A stretch of 62,346 nucleotides of DNA, counting the filler, from Phoronis australis (lineage: Eukaryota > Animalia > Phoronida): NCBI GenBank assembly GCA_002633005.1. It is 4 parts of 4 records of this genome, joined end to end, with 100 filler letters (N's around TTAATTAATTAA, not from the genome) between each part and the next. Parts side by side here need not be neighbours in the genome. Positions count along the whole stretch, not along the records: positions 1 to 15,618 come from NMRA01000572.1; 3 more parts are not named here. One strand, 5' to 3'. The position numbers were made by a program, and so were the translations under genes. Every line of letters begins with the position of its first letter. Positions within the stretch are counted from its first letter, which is position 1. Shown here one piece after another: positions 1 to 11,621 of the stretch. The notes under the pieces are model-generated. The model saw nothing but the letters and a program-made list of their open reading frames with translations. It did no database searches and had not been told where the DNA came from.

Positions 1-354
1 AAACAGATACATTGCATAAACAAACCCTGGATCTTGTTTTGTGTCCCGTCGGAAGAAAATTTAAATTCGAAAACATCTTCTGAAAACGCACAAAAAAGTG
101 TATTAGTAAAATCTACTGATTTTTAAGTGGTTTTAAAAAACAATCGGTAAACTCACCGATTTTTGTCTCATTACTTTGATACGTGTCTCTTCCGATAAGT
201 TAGTACCTAACGTGCACACGAGCACTCCAAATTGGAACGCTAAGTCCCGCGTGGTTGCGCTGCACGCGAAACAAGATGGCGGACGACCTTTGGAGCCTGA
301 CGACAATAGGTAACCGGACTATATGTATCTGTTTTCTGCCGAACTTAGCCCAGG

Positions 355-500
355 GGTGGTCAAATGAGTGCCAGAAAGCTTTTGAGAAAATTAAGCAGAA
401 ACTGTCAGACACTCCTGTACTGACGTATTTTGATTCTGCAAAAGACGAGCTACAAATTGACAGTAGAAAGGACGGCATGGGCGCCTGTTTGTTTTCAAAT
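355..500 (+). mobile_element. Ty3/Gypsy pol fragment (RT-RNase H connection region), isolated relic
   Basis: Translation WSNECQKAFEKIKQKLSDTPVLTYFD...LQIDSRKDGMGACLF matches the Gypsy pattern W..ecq.AF..lK..L...PVL..fD....l..DAS..GlGAvL. It is short and truncated at both ends. Confidence 0.8.
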
Positions 501-924
501 TGAAAGCACGTGACAACGAATGGTCCTTGTTCTCGACCATCTAAAAGACTTAAAGTGTTGGTGCTATGTGTCAGTTACAGTATTGAACAGAAAACAGTGA
601 ACGTATACTAGCATTCACAGCTACACAGTCGCCCAATCAACGTTTCAAAACCGCCGCTTTTCACTCACCTGTTACCGTCAGCTGAATAGTGAAAGCACAG
701 TCTTTGGTGAAAGGCTAGCAATTGCGTTCTGAGTTGAAGCGCGGCCTGGTGGTGGAAATATGAAATTAATAAAATATAACGAAACAATATTTTTTACTAG
801 TCTTAATTAGTATTTAAGCACAAAAAATGTATTTCATTGAGAAATAATGTAAAAAGTTTGTTTACTACAAAGTGAGATGAAAATATTTTTTAAATAATAT
901 AGAATGACCTCTCTACTTCCAGTA

Positions 925-930
925 GCCGAA

Positions 931-980
<50 letters not shown>

Positions 981-997
981 AATCCCGGGTTTCGGCA
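925..997 (+). tRNA. trnF-GAA: tRNA-Phe (GAA), intronless
   Basis: 73 nt GCCGAAA...TTTCGGCA with a paired acceptor stem, D-loop AGTTGGGA, anticodon stem TCAGA/TCTGA with GAA at 958-960 and T-loop TTCAATC. Nearly identical to the canonical metazoan cytosolic tRNA-Phe. Confidence 0.98.
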
Positions 998-1001
998 TAA
1001 C

Positions 1002-1006
1002 TTTTT
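1002..1006 (+). terminator. RNA polymerase III terminator (T5) of tRNA-Phe
   Basis: TTTTT starts 5 nt after the discriminator base at 997, with a second T4 run just downstream. Confidence 0.8.
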
Positions 1007-1789
1007 CGATTTTCAGATTACGCTCAAATAGTTTATGAATATTGCTTGATCAAAACAAGGAGTGTGTATTAGACCGGGATCCCAGAGCTTTTTTGGGCAT
1101 GAAATTGAGCTAGATCAATCCAAGAGGTAACCGCATGAAACCAGTTGCAAAATATTCGCCGTAAGCCCAGGTATCAAGAATAAATACTGCCAGACAAAGC
1201 TAGTGGTGGGTTATCCCCGCCAGACACGCCCAAGTACCTGAGTCTTGAGCTAGATCAACCCATCAGCAAACCGCGTGAAACCAATCGCCCGATGTTCGGC
1301 ATGATTGCACGTGGCAAAACAGTAAGATGCCTCCATCAGACAAATAAAGAGTCGAAACAAAATTGATTATAAGCCCATTCACGCTGAATAAGCATCACAA
1401 TCAGGAACCAGGCACTTCGATTTTCAATAGAGCCACTAAGTCTGTACGACATATAGGTCACCGCACAAGGTGAGATTTTTGTCTGCAAGTTTATGTCAGG
1501 CATGAAAACCAGAAAAATCACGCCTGAGGTTGGAGCGACCTCACAAGTCCATGCGAAAACAGCGGAATACTCCATATAATTCACTATTAAAAACAAAACC
1601 TAAAAACCCGTCCAAGACGGATAGCACATTGTGTTTTCACTAATTTCCATTTTTCGTTGTCCTATTTTACCAGTTTAAACTGAGTCCCTTTGTTTTCGGA
1701 CGAGTCATGCGACTGCTAAAAGGAATAATAATCAAAATGCCGTCTTTTGCTGTCGCCTGCGTTATGTTTGCGCGCCAACTACCTTCATT

Positions 1790-2105
1790 TCAGACAGTGA
1801 TTAATGACAAATTTGGCAAAACTGATCAGTTTTGGGCAATCGTCTTTCTCATAAACCGAGCCCACAGAGAACTCCAGAGATGCGTAAAGAACAATGACTT
1901 CAGTGGCTATATCAAATTTTTTTCAGAGTACGCTAGATGTATTCTTTGCCCTGAACCGCCCAAACTACGCCAGATGGGGAACATTGTTTTACCAAAAGTT
2001 GAAATTGGCAAACCCAATATTACGTGAAGCGCTGGAAAACGTGCGTTCTCAGTGCTACGTACGAGGAAGAACTTCAATAGATCGGCTGTTGACCTCTCTT
2101 TGAAA
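1790..2105 (+). mobile_element. Frameshifted relic of a DNA-transposon-associated protein
   Basis: Joining three frames gives ...QFWAIV..INRAHRELQRCVKNND / LDVFFALNRPNYARWGTLF..KL / AFSVLRTRKNFNRSAVDLSL. This resembles the FF..NYARW ... FS..RT...F.R.AVD..LEQ pattern of a widespread invertebrate transposase-like family. The superfamily is not assignable by eye. Confidence 0.55.
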
Positions 2106-3200
2106 GTCTGTATTTTTATGTTTGATATGGTGTTCTCCAAAAAGGCTGAAAACACCTCTGCGGCACCTGATATTGGGTACGTATTGTCGTGTTAGATTTC
2201 GTGGAAACTATTAAAGCTGTAACGTAGATAAAAAATTCTGTTCATGTTGCGAACATGTTATTCACAACTGATTCGTGGGTATAACGAGTCCTATTAGATT
2301 TTCTGTTTAGTTAGATTGACAATCATTTCATTGGCACGACACAGATATGCGGGCAATGGAACTGTTCGCTTTTTGTCTTCACAGTGAATATAAAACACGT
2401 TCGAATTAATTATCCATAGATGTATATGGTGCTCAGCCACCGTGGCGACGGTCCTGGACATCCACATTGGGGAAGGGGATATCCAACCACTATGTATAAC
2501 ATTTTTAGAAATAGTGACTGAATTGCAGTTGAATTAAATAAAAAATCTATTTTATGCTTCACCTTTTTACTTTTATTATTAATAGTACAGGCCCATAGCC
2601 CGTAGCCGGGGGGAGGGTTCGGGGGGGGTTCGATCGAACCCCTAACCCGCTGAAAAGGTCCACCCCCCAGCATATTCGTTAAAGATAGGGTTTAATTGGA
2701 CAATAACAACAAAACTGTTGCAGCTACTGGTGCTAACTACAATAATAACTAAGTTAGCAATAATTTTGAATCCGCTTCTGATTCAAACTGCGTCACGTGG
2801 CGTCGGACCGAACTCGGCAAACTTCGCCCGAGTGCCGCTGTAGATGACAGGATCGTGCATACAATAAGAGGAGGATGTTATTCATAAACCACGCGCGTGG
2901 TGGCTACAAGAAAGGGTAACAAGTGAGTCCAGAAGTGAATGTCTGTACCTAAGCATAAAAGCGCAGCCCTAAGACCCAAGTAAGCTTCATGTTAATGTAA
3001 ATAACAACGAGAGAACTCCCAAAAAGTAGTGCGATGTGAATGCCTTAAACTCGGCCAAGAAACACAACAGCAGAAAAATTGAGATTTGTTATTCTGCTAT
3101 TTTTGGTTTAATTACAACCATAGTACGGTGAAAGTGTAAGCATTTTCAAATTTTGAATTGAAAGTGATCGTCAAATTTGTAAATATGTTGTTCAACCAGT

Positions 3201-3626
3201 TGTATGAAAACCTCTTTCAAACACAACTCTGTGTTACGGTTTTACGTGGGTTTATTCTAGAGATCTACAAGATACATNACCTCCTAAGGTGTTCCTCTAT
3301 GCGCAAAAGGTAGTTGTAACAACGTGACTTTGATGGTTTAGTCGGTGCGAGGCACAATTCGCCGAAAAGCTTCCGGCGTACAGAGCGCCTATAGCCTCTA
3401 CATCGCCTCTGCTTCGGGCCAACAGAGGCGATGGTCATTGCCTACTATTCACTATGCTGTCTAACTCTCAACTGAAAACTTGTTTGTCAGAACTAAAGAT
3501 CATATGCTCATGAGTCATAATCAGATTTCAGAGAATTGTTTTGTACGTCTTACACAATCTATGATTCTAGCTACCAGTGCCATATAAGGTTATGTTTTGG
3601 ACTCTGCAAGTTTAATGAAAACCACG
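3201..3626 (-). mobile_element. Solo/partial Gypsy LTR (same family as 8703-8970), interrupted at ~3278-3443
   Basis: Near-perfect reverse complement of 8712-8970, ending in ...TTTTCATACA at 3201. About 165 bp of unrelated sequence, starting at an N, lies between GATACAT and CTATTC. Confidence 0.9.
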
Positions 3627-4004
3627 TGCCCCTCTTTAACTTCTGGTCAAAGATGGCGGAAATATCCACCATTGCGTTTGACCTCGATTTCATTTCTATT
3701 TATTATTCTGTGTGTACCAGCGCAGAGTCACGCGTACCAGCGCAGAGTGTTGTTATTCTCGGGTTTTGTCTTTTTCTTCTTATTAATATTATTTTGAATC
3801 AAAAAAAGAGGAGAATTATATAATTCGTGAATATACCGAGATCACAGGAACAGCCGTTATTAGCTGCTTTAGAATCTGAAATTAGAATAATGGTAAAACA
3901 AAAGTCTCGATGAAGCCATGCAGACCGTATACACTTAGCAGGAAACCAGGTTTGAATAAATGCTGGTCCTCAGGAATGAGAAGACAATTAATTACAAGCA
4001 AGTN

Positions 4005-4927
4005 TGACACTCCATGTAAAAATGGTAATCATCAGCGTGATACTCCGAATGGAAATGGTAATCTTGAGCATGATACTTCGTATGAAACGGTGATTCTAAG
4101 CCTCATACTCCGAATAGAAATGGTTATCCTGACCGTGATACTCCACATGGAAATGGTGGTCTAGGGCATGATATTCCGTATGGAAATGGTAATCCGGAAA
4201 ATGATACTTCGTATGGAAACAGTGATCCTAAACGTGATACTCCGTGTGTAAGTGGTGATCCAGGAAATGACACACCATATGGAGATGGAGATCCGGGATA
4301 TGATATACCGTATAGAAATGGTGATCGAGGACAGGATAGTCCTTATAGAAATGGTGATTCTGCGCCTGATACTCTGTATGTAAATGGTTTCACTGAGCGT
4401 GATATTCCGTATGAAAATGGTGATTCATGCCAGGACCTTCCACATATGTAAATGGTGATTCTAAGGATGGTACTCAGTATGAAAGTGGTTGCACTGAGCG
4501 TGATACTCCGTATGGAAATGGGGATCCAGGTCATGATACTCCGTATGGAAGTGATGATCCTGACCCTGATACTCCATGTGGAAATGGTGATCCTGGACGT
4601 ATTATTCCTTATGGAAATTGTGCTCCAGAACACAATGGTGACCACGAGTATTGTCCAGTGTATGAAAAAGGTTACATTGATGATAATGTTTCGTTTGAAA
4701 ATAATGATCCACATGGAAATGTTGATCCTTACCATGATGCACCGTACGAAAACGACGATCCTGTGCATGGGAATTTGTATGAAAATGATGATCTTTGTCA
4801 TGAAAAGGATGATTGTGAGCATGATAATCCGTGTGAGAGTGGTGAGTCTGGGTATAATACTCCCCTTCATGTTAATCCTGCGCATGATTTTCACCATGGA
4901 AATGATTGTCCAGAGCATAATACATGA
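4005..4927 (+). pseudogene. Degenerate 33-bp coding-type repeat (about 28 x 11 aa, consensus DTPYGNGDPxx), two frameshifts
   Basis: Repeated gatactccgtatggaaatggtgat-like units. It reads DTPCKNGNHQR-DTPNGNGNLEH..., shifts frame at ~4087 and ~4436, and ends in ORF 4427-4927. Confidence 0.6.
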
Positions 4928-7109
4928 ATCCGAACCCGAGCTTGAACTGCGTGACGAATGTAATCCTCGCAGACGTTAGCGATGATTCTTGTGGCAACGG
5001 GGGAGGTTTCACGGCTTTTTCTGTTGACAAAGGTGGACGAGAGCGTATTGATGACTATCACGGCTTTCTGAACAACTGGAAATGTCGTAAGAATAAGACT
5101 CGGTCACGAATGAACTATGAGAAGGGACTACACTAGTGGCGACACTTTTTGTGCTGCGTCCCCCCATCAGAAAAATGAAAGTTCACAGGCTACTGCACTC
5201 CAAGCACCGGTTTTATTATAGTACTTTGAATCATTAAATTAATCTAGTTAATTTTTTCCTTGGAGCATTCTCAAAATGTTTGCATTTTGGAGTGTATATT
5301 CGTGTATTTTGAGCTTCAATTCATGCACGTGTTTTGGCCTTTTACGATTTACGTTCTTCCAAGTTGTGTTTCGTCTAGTTGCTGACTCCTGTTCTTACGG
5401 ACACTGTGCGCGAAGATCACACTGTTGATCGCATGACTGGGTTTCTCACTAATCCAAATTGTTTGTGTCATAGTTTTCCACTTTCACAGTGACGTAACTT
5501 GAGACGCCAAAATGCTCAAACACAGTAAGGGATCTATCAACTCAACCAAATATGTCGACGCTCTCTCGGACCGCCCTCCGGACAGTAATATGGCATTTGT
5601 GGTTTCATCTCGGGGCATCTGTCGGCTCTGATTTGTACAAGGCTTCGCCAAATTATTCTCTCACAAACTGCTAAATGTTTGAAATCTTCCATAGAAAATG
5701 AGGCTTTCAAGGAATAACTAGAAATCACTGATCTCCACCAAACCTTCAGGAGTTAAATATAGCTCCAAACATTTTCCATTCCATCTTAAATCGGCATCAG
5801 AATTTCATATTCAACAAACTCGATGCCATTACGTCATTTTTATTGTCATTCTCACTAACCTTTGCCGTGCAACTACGTTTAATCAAGGCCAAGTGTACTA
5901 TAACCGAGACGGTAGATGAGTTAATTCTAATAACGAGTGATATACTAGTTTCTAAGGACCATGGAACCTTGCTTTCTAAGTTTTTGGTTAAACATACTCA
6001 AGGGACGTATGCTTTGCCTTCGTGTAAAAACGCTAGGATGCATGCTTCGATCGACTTGTTCAAACTAACAAGGCAATTCCAGCATTCTATGTTGTGAAAG
6101 TGCAAGACTTATTCAGTTCTTTACAAGTTTTAACGACCAAAAATATACATATCGCTTGAGTTGATATGTCATCAGTTAATTCTTATCATGGTAATAGTAG
6201 TTCAGTTATTTGATGTACACAAGCATTGTGAGACTAAAGAACAATTTGTGAATTCATAAGAGTCTGAAAACACAAATTCACTGACAAATATAAATGTTAA
6301 TCACACTGAATCATGTGAACAGCAAGAGTGTCTTAGAAAGTAATCCACCCTTACCAATCGTGAAATTTGAATAAACATGGAAGTACCGCTCTATATTTTT
6401 TACTGCAAAGTTGATCTAAAACAAGAACTAGGACATTTCTGTCAGAAGTAGGGTGGAATTAAACTTGCCAGTTCAGATAATGACTAATTATACCAAATAA
6501 TTGTACCAGTCGAAAGTGGCTTCCCTGCTCTCCGTATATGACCTTGCTTTTCTTTGGCTAGTGCAGACGAATTAACCAGACATTAACCAGTCAGAGAGGG
6601 GCTTACTTAATGAAAAGTGACCTACTTACTTGCCTCATTAGTATATTCCAAATTTATAGACGATGGTCTCCATTTGAAGCACTACTAATTTTATTAACTC
6701 AGAATTTTGTGCTCCGCAGCTTCTAAGCATTGATCAGTAACACTTTCAGGTGACTGGAATATGTGCTGTGCACTTCTAACATGACTTTGCCATCGAAATT
6801 TAACTTAGAAGACCTACATGTATCCGGTTTAGTTGCCTGCTGACAGAAGCACTGAGCGCATTTTGGGGTTCATGGTTGGTTTTGAGATAGACTTCAGTGG
6901 CTTTACCAAGAGCTATGACAAATGGCCGTTGTGCTTGTATGATTTTATACCAAATCGCCTATCTTCGTCGTTCTTTGTCATGGCATGGCTCAAGCTAAAA
7001 TGAAAGAAAGTAAAATAATATTGAAACACCCACCCGCATATACATGTATGTACAAGGACATGTCAACATATTGCTATAGACCAACTATGAAGCAGGGTTC
7101 TCTTTGCAG

Positions 7110-7482
7110 GTGATGCACAGTTTAGATTGTGGCGTGCTACCGTCAGAAATGACTTGGTTCCCGACTATTGTGGCGTCTACTGCCATCCTTTTATCAGTTG
7201 CCACGACGACGATATTTGCCGTGTGGAAAGTACGACAAAGCACTGCAACCTTTCTGGGGTGTTCTTTGTTTAGCACATTCTTGTCAATTATTTGGCCCTT
7301 ATCCATGAGTCCTAAAACTTTTGTCGTTTTGTCTATTGGATTTGGGTTGTCTTTGGGTGGTTCAGCTATGTCATCTACGTTAGTTCTCCGCGATGTACTT
7401 GACAAGACAGACAGAACGCATGGTAAAGCTTGGCTGCGTGCCACAAGTGGCCTGTTGGCGTCGGTAGTCCTGCCGCCTACCG
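7110..7482 (+). CDS. Internal exon of an MFS transporter (SLC16/monocarboxylate-transporter-like)
   Basis: Acceptor tctttgcag|7110 and donor 7482|gtaagt. The reading frame is open, with several hydrophobic helices (FVVLSIGFGLSLGG...LLASVVLPPT), and ends in phase 1. Confidence 0.75.
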
Positions 7483-8339
7483 GTAAGTGGAAACTTCGCA
7501 AACAACATTCCTCATGTTATGTCCCTCCACATATGATTAAAACTCGAATTGACCGCTTTTGATTCATTCCTCCAGTCCAAGCGAGTGAACCGGTCGAGAC
7601 ATCTGATTCGTTCTAGATGACGATCCTCACGGCTGAACCGTCCGAAGGAATCAGGTGCAGCCAATAACAAATGTGTACCGCCTATTTACGGGTGTTTAGC
7701 CACCCAATTAAAACCTCATGAGAGTATACATTCGGAAATCTTCAGTTGAAAATAAACGATCAACTAAGCTACCTTTGGAAAAAGCACTAAGTTTTCCTAT
7801 TGTGAATCGCTTATACATGTATGTTCAAAGAAGAAGAACTGAATCCCACAAAATCTGAACGTGACTGCAGAAACCGAACAATAAAAAGTTGAAAGAAACA
7901 TAATTGTTGAAGGTTATTCATTCTCAACACGCAAGCGCGAAACAAAATCAGTTTAAGACTAAAAGTCTACTTGTTAAATATTTTCGGTGGATTCCCGCAC
8001 AGTTACTTGAACATAATTTTTGTTACATTCCTTCGATGTCATCTATCTTTCTCGTTCGACCCGTGCTATATACATGTACGCTGATGACGTAATCCTGTGA
8101 AAACAGTTCTCTAGCTGGCCCATTTGTTCTCATCATGACCCTAAACACTAGTAGACTCTTCGCAAGATACGGGACACGTTCCGCAACACAAAATAATGAC
8201 TAGCGAGCTCACGTATTTCACTGAAAACGTGGCGATATCTCACGAGGAACTGCGAAATTCGCAAAGGCTACACCTCAAGCCTGGCAGAACGCGGCCCGTG
8301 CATGGTTGATGCAATGTATCAAGTTCACGTTATTTTCAG

Positions 8340-8552
8340 TTTATCTGGTGACGTTTGTCGACTCCTACTACGTTGCCTTTTATGTCGGAAGTGGTTGCCT
8401 TGGTTTTAGTTTGGTGCTGTCGCTAGCCCTCGCAAAAGTGATGAGTTCCGTCAACGATGACGCTAATCAAACGGCAATCCAAAGAAGGAACGTCTCTGCT
8501 TGCTTTGAAAGTGTCTCGGATTTGACAAGGAATCCCGCGCATGACAGTTTTG
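8340..8552 (+). CDS. Next exon of the same MFS/SLC16-like transporter (last TM helices)
   Basis: Acceptor tattttcag|8340 joins the previous exon in phase to give PPT-V-YLVTFVDSYYVAFYVGSGCLGFS, like the MCT pattern PP.aG.L.D..gSY..aFy.aG. It ends at donor 8552|gtatgt or reads to the stop at 8581. Confidence 0.72.
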
Positions 8553-8702
8553 GTATGTTTCGTCAGTTTCGTAAAATTTAATCTTTTATATAATTTCATA
8601 TTTGCTTAAATGTTTATAAACTTTGTGATCTTATAAACTTGTTGATGAGATTTCGATTCAGCTATTGATTGGTATTTGAGACACAAAAGCTTAGTCAGTT
8701 TT

Positions 8703-8970
8703 TGTTATGTTAGTGGTTTTCATTAAACTTGCAGAGTCCAAAACATAACCTTATATGGCACTGGTAGCTAGAATCATAGATTGTGTAAGACGTACAAAAC
8801 AATTCTCTGAAATCTGATTATGACTCATGAGCATATGATCTTTAGTTCTGACAAACAAGTTTTCAGTTGAGAGTTAGACAGCATAGTGAATAGATGTATC
8901 TTGTAGATCTCTAGAATAAACCCACGTAAAACCGTAACACAGAGTTGTGTTTGAAAGAGGTTTTCATACA
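8703..8970 (+). mobile_element. Gypsy 5' LTR (268 bp, TG...CA)
   Basis: Starts TGTTATG, ends CATACA and contains AATAAA. It is followed directly by a PBS and is repeated at 3201-3626 and 9265-9486. Confidence 0.92.
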
Positions 8971-8981
8971 TGGTGGCAGCG
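8971..8981 (+). promoter_or_regulatory. Primer-binding site TGGTGGCAGCG (tRNA-Leu-type)
   Basis: Directly 3' of the LTR. It is complementary to a tRNA 3' end ...CGCTGCCA-CCA, as in metazoan tRNA-Leu. Confidence 0.8.
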
Positions 8982-9055
8982 AACTCATTGGTTTTAGAGT
9001 TAAAGCCAGCAGAACACAGATTTTAGTGTTGGAGACATTCTACATCGATACTGAC

Positions 9056-9271
9056 ATGGCTGAGGGAACTGACAAATTCCTACCTGCGATCAAACCACCA
9101 CAGACACTGGATTTGTCCGCCGCTGACAGAATCGGACAGTGGGAACTGTGGAGGCAACATTGGACTAATTATGCCCTTTTATCAAAGCTCGATGGACAAT
9201 CTGAAGAGTATAAACTGGCAATGTTTTTAAACTGCATTGGCACGGACGCTCTGAGAATTTACAATGGGTTT
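9056..9271 (+). mobile_element. Gypsy gag N-terminus, truncated
   Basis: MAEGTDKFLPAIKPPQTLDL...WELWRQHWTNY...LAMFLNCIGTDALRIYNGF has the PP.L...W..W...Y / L..iG..A..IY..F pattern of metazoan Gypsy gag. It is cut off by the inverted LTR. Confidence 0.85.
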
Positions 9272-9995
9272 ATTCTAGAGATCTACAAGATACATCTATT
9301 CACTATGCTGTCTAACTCTCAACTGAAAACTTGTTTGTCAGAACTAAAAATCATATGCTCATGAGTCATAATCAGATTTCAGAGAATTGTTTTGTACGTC
9401 TTACACAATCTATGATTCTAGCTACCAGTGCCATATAAGGTTATGTTTTGGACTCTGCAAGTTTAATGAAAACCACGAACATAACATCCTCCCTTCTCTG
9501 AAAGTTCTTACTCATGGTCCAGTGTTTATATCTAAAGTTCTCCAGTCTGTCTTCAGCCACAGTGCATGTCATCCAGTGGTGTCCAGTTAAGTTAATAGAA
9601 AACAGATGTCTTCAGTTTATCATAAGACACAAATTACAGCATAGTAACAAATTAGTGTAAACAGTCTGCTTAGTTCAGTTAAGTGATAGTGTCAGTGTTC
9701 TGGAATCAAAACAAACACAAGCTGCTAGTGGATCATCGTAGTAAACAGTTCTGTAGTAAATAACTTCTATGGGTCATCCAGTCAACTCTGGGTGGACTAT
9801 CAGAGTGACAAGAACAAACAGTGATTGGTATTATTCTGACCAATTTCCTCACTGTGTGTATCTCACAGGTGGTTTAATCACTCTCCCAGATCTGGTTGTC
9901 ACAGGCTGGTTAGGTCGTACTTCACTTTTGATGGTGTGTGGGACGGAGCTTTCTTTGACAGATTTTTCATCAACCATGTGTTCCGGTTTGTAGTC
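9265..9995 (-). mobile_element. Inverted Gypsy 3' end: pol C-terminus, 3' UTR, polypurine tract and truncated 3' LTR
   Basis: The minus strand reads KPEHMVDEK...PVTTRSGRVIKPPVRYTQ* (stop 9849-9851), a typical Gypsy pol tail. PPT CAGAGAAGGGAGGA (9487-9500) abuts the LTR start TGTTATG at 9486, and the LTR runs to 9265. Confidence 0.88.
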
Positions 9996-10629
9996 TGTAG
10001 GCTCGGCTTAATTGTCTGACTTCTTTTGACGGCTTTATGTGTTGGCGATTTCGGCGAACAACACTTGTTTGCCAAACAGAAGGATAAAATCCCAATCAAT
10101 TGAGAGAGCATGGCAAAGATTTTGTTATTCCTTGCTTGCAAGAAAGAATTTAAACAATTTAAACAGTGATGAATCGCTATTTATTTCGGGAATTTCGTAA
10201 ATTAAATGCATTTTTCTTGTTGTTGTTGGTAATTTTCAATTAGTATTGTCTTTTACCTTAAATCTTTACATGAATTATCTGAAAGACAAACTACTACACT
10301 TGTTTAGATGCGTTACATGTAACTCAAAAACCCACTCACCAGACATTAGTAGAGGGATACGTGAATTGTTGAAAATATAACCCTCGCAGCAGATACAGTA
10401 ATTACTGTATTCCACTAGGTGGCGAGAAGAAATGATTTTCCACAATATCCCACTCTGGCATTCTATGCCTCAGGATGTCTATCCCCCTGCACAGTACACT
10501 AGGTCCCCCTATGGGCTGTAAGTTATTTAGCTTCAAGCGGCTATGAACCACCGTTTCGTCAAAGAAGCGAACCATTGATTTAAACCTCTTAACGCTATAA
10601 ATTGTTCTCAAGTTGTTTTTTATTCAAAT

Positions 10630-10750
10630 GAGAAGTGAACTCTGGGCGTTCGTTGTTCCTTGAGACTATGATGGGCACATGAAACGACACGCCGTGACAA
10701 TTAAGCCAACTTGAAGCGAATTGTCTCAAGGAATAACGAGCTTTCACTTC
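10630..10750. repeat. Short inverted-repeat element (MITE-like hairpin)
   Basis: TCGTTGTTCCTTGAGAC pairs with GTCTCAAGGAATAACGA, with outer GAAGTGAA/TTCACTTC. Confidence 0.5.
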
Positions 10751-11621
10751 TTACAAAGCCCTCTAATTTGACCAAAGAACAATAAGTAGTTTGAGCTGAG
10801 ACTAGTTTCATATCGGCAAGTGGTCTAAATCAATTTCGCGGTGGAAGGTGGATTAATTGGCGCTTTACTGAATCGTCTGGCATTACGTCGGCAGTTGCAA
10901 GAAATACGTGCAACGGAGGCAAGTTCAGTTAAAGGGCCTTCGCTGGGTCGAACACACTGTGATCTAACATAAATTCGACTGTAGGCAGTGTATAAACATC
11001 CAATGAAAAGAACTCACTTATGAAATGCAAAAAATAGGACGGCCTTAGTATTACGGCATGCAACCTTTGATAAAAGGGTCCCGTGTGTTTGGAATTGGAA
11101 CGCATACACCAATACAAGGCTCCGGATGCAACTTTACTTGCAGGCCAAGAAGACATCAATGCATGCACGTGCGGTAGAAGCAGACGATTGCAATTGATGA
11201 TGCTCTTTCCGCTTCATTTTAATTAAACACTTCAGAAAACAAATTTAACGCAAGTTCATTCAGTCCACACAGCTCCAAATATTTTCAACATTAACTGGAT
11301 TTAATATGAACGATACACCATCACCTAAAATGGCCTCCGCGGTGAGTTACAGCTGACTCATGCATTATGGGTACTCACTCAACTGCCGCCATATGTATTG
11401 AGGTTCGTCGGAAACCCCGCCCACTTTAAAGAACAATAGTAAAATAAGGAAAACACAAGAAATGATACTGTAAAATATGTGCAATATTTATGTTTTGTCA
11501 CCTATATGAGTCAAGAATGTTCTTCAGATATTTATGGTCTTTCGAACGTGAGGGAGACGTTTAAACAAGTATCACCAACGAGCACTGTAAAATAACCTAC
11601 CAAGTAATTGAAGTCAATGCG

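Noticed and set aside
4343-4979. Hydrophobic Ile/Met-rich ORFs 4343-4918 (-) and 4452-4979 (+)
   Set aside because: Alternative-frame shadows of the 33-bp DTPYGNGD repeat.
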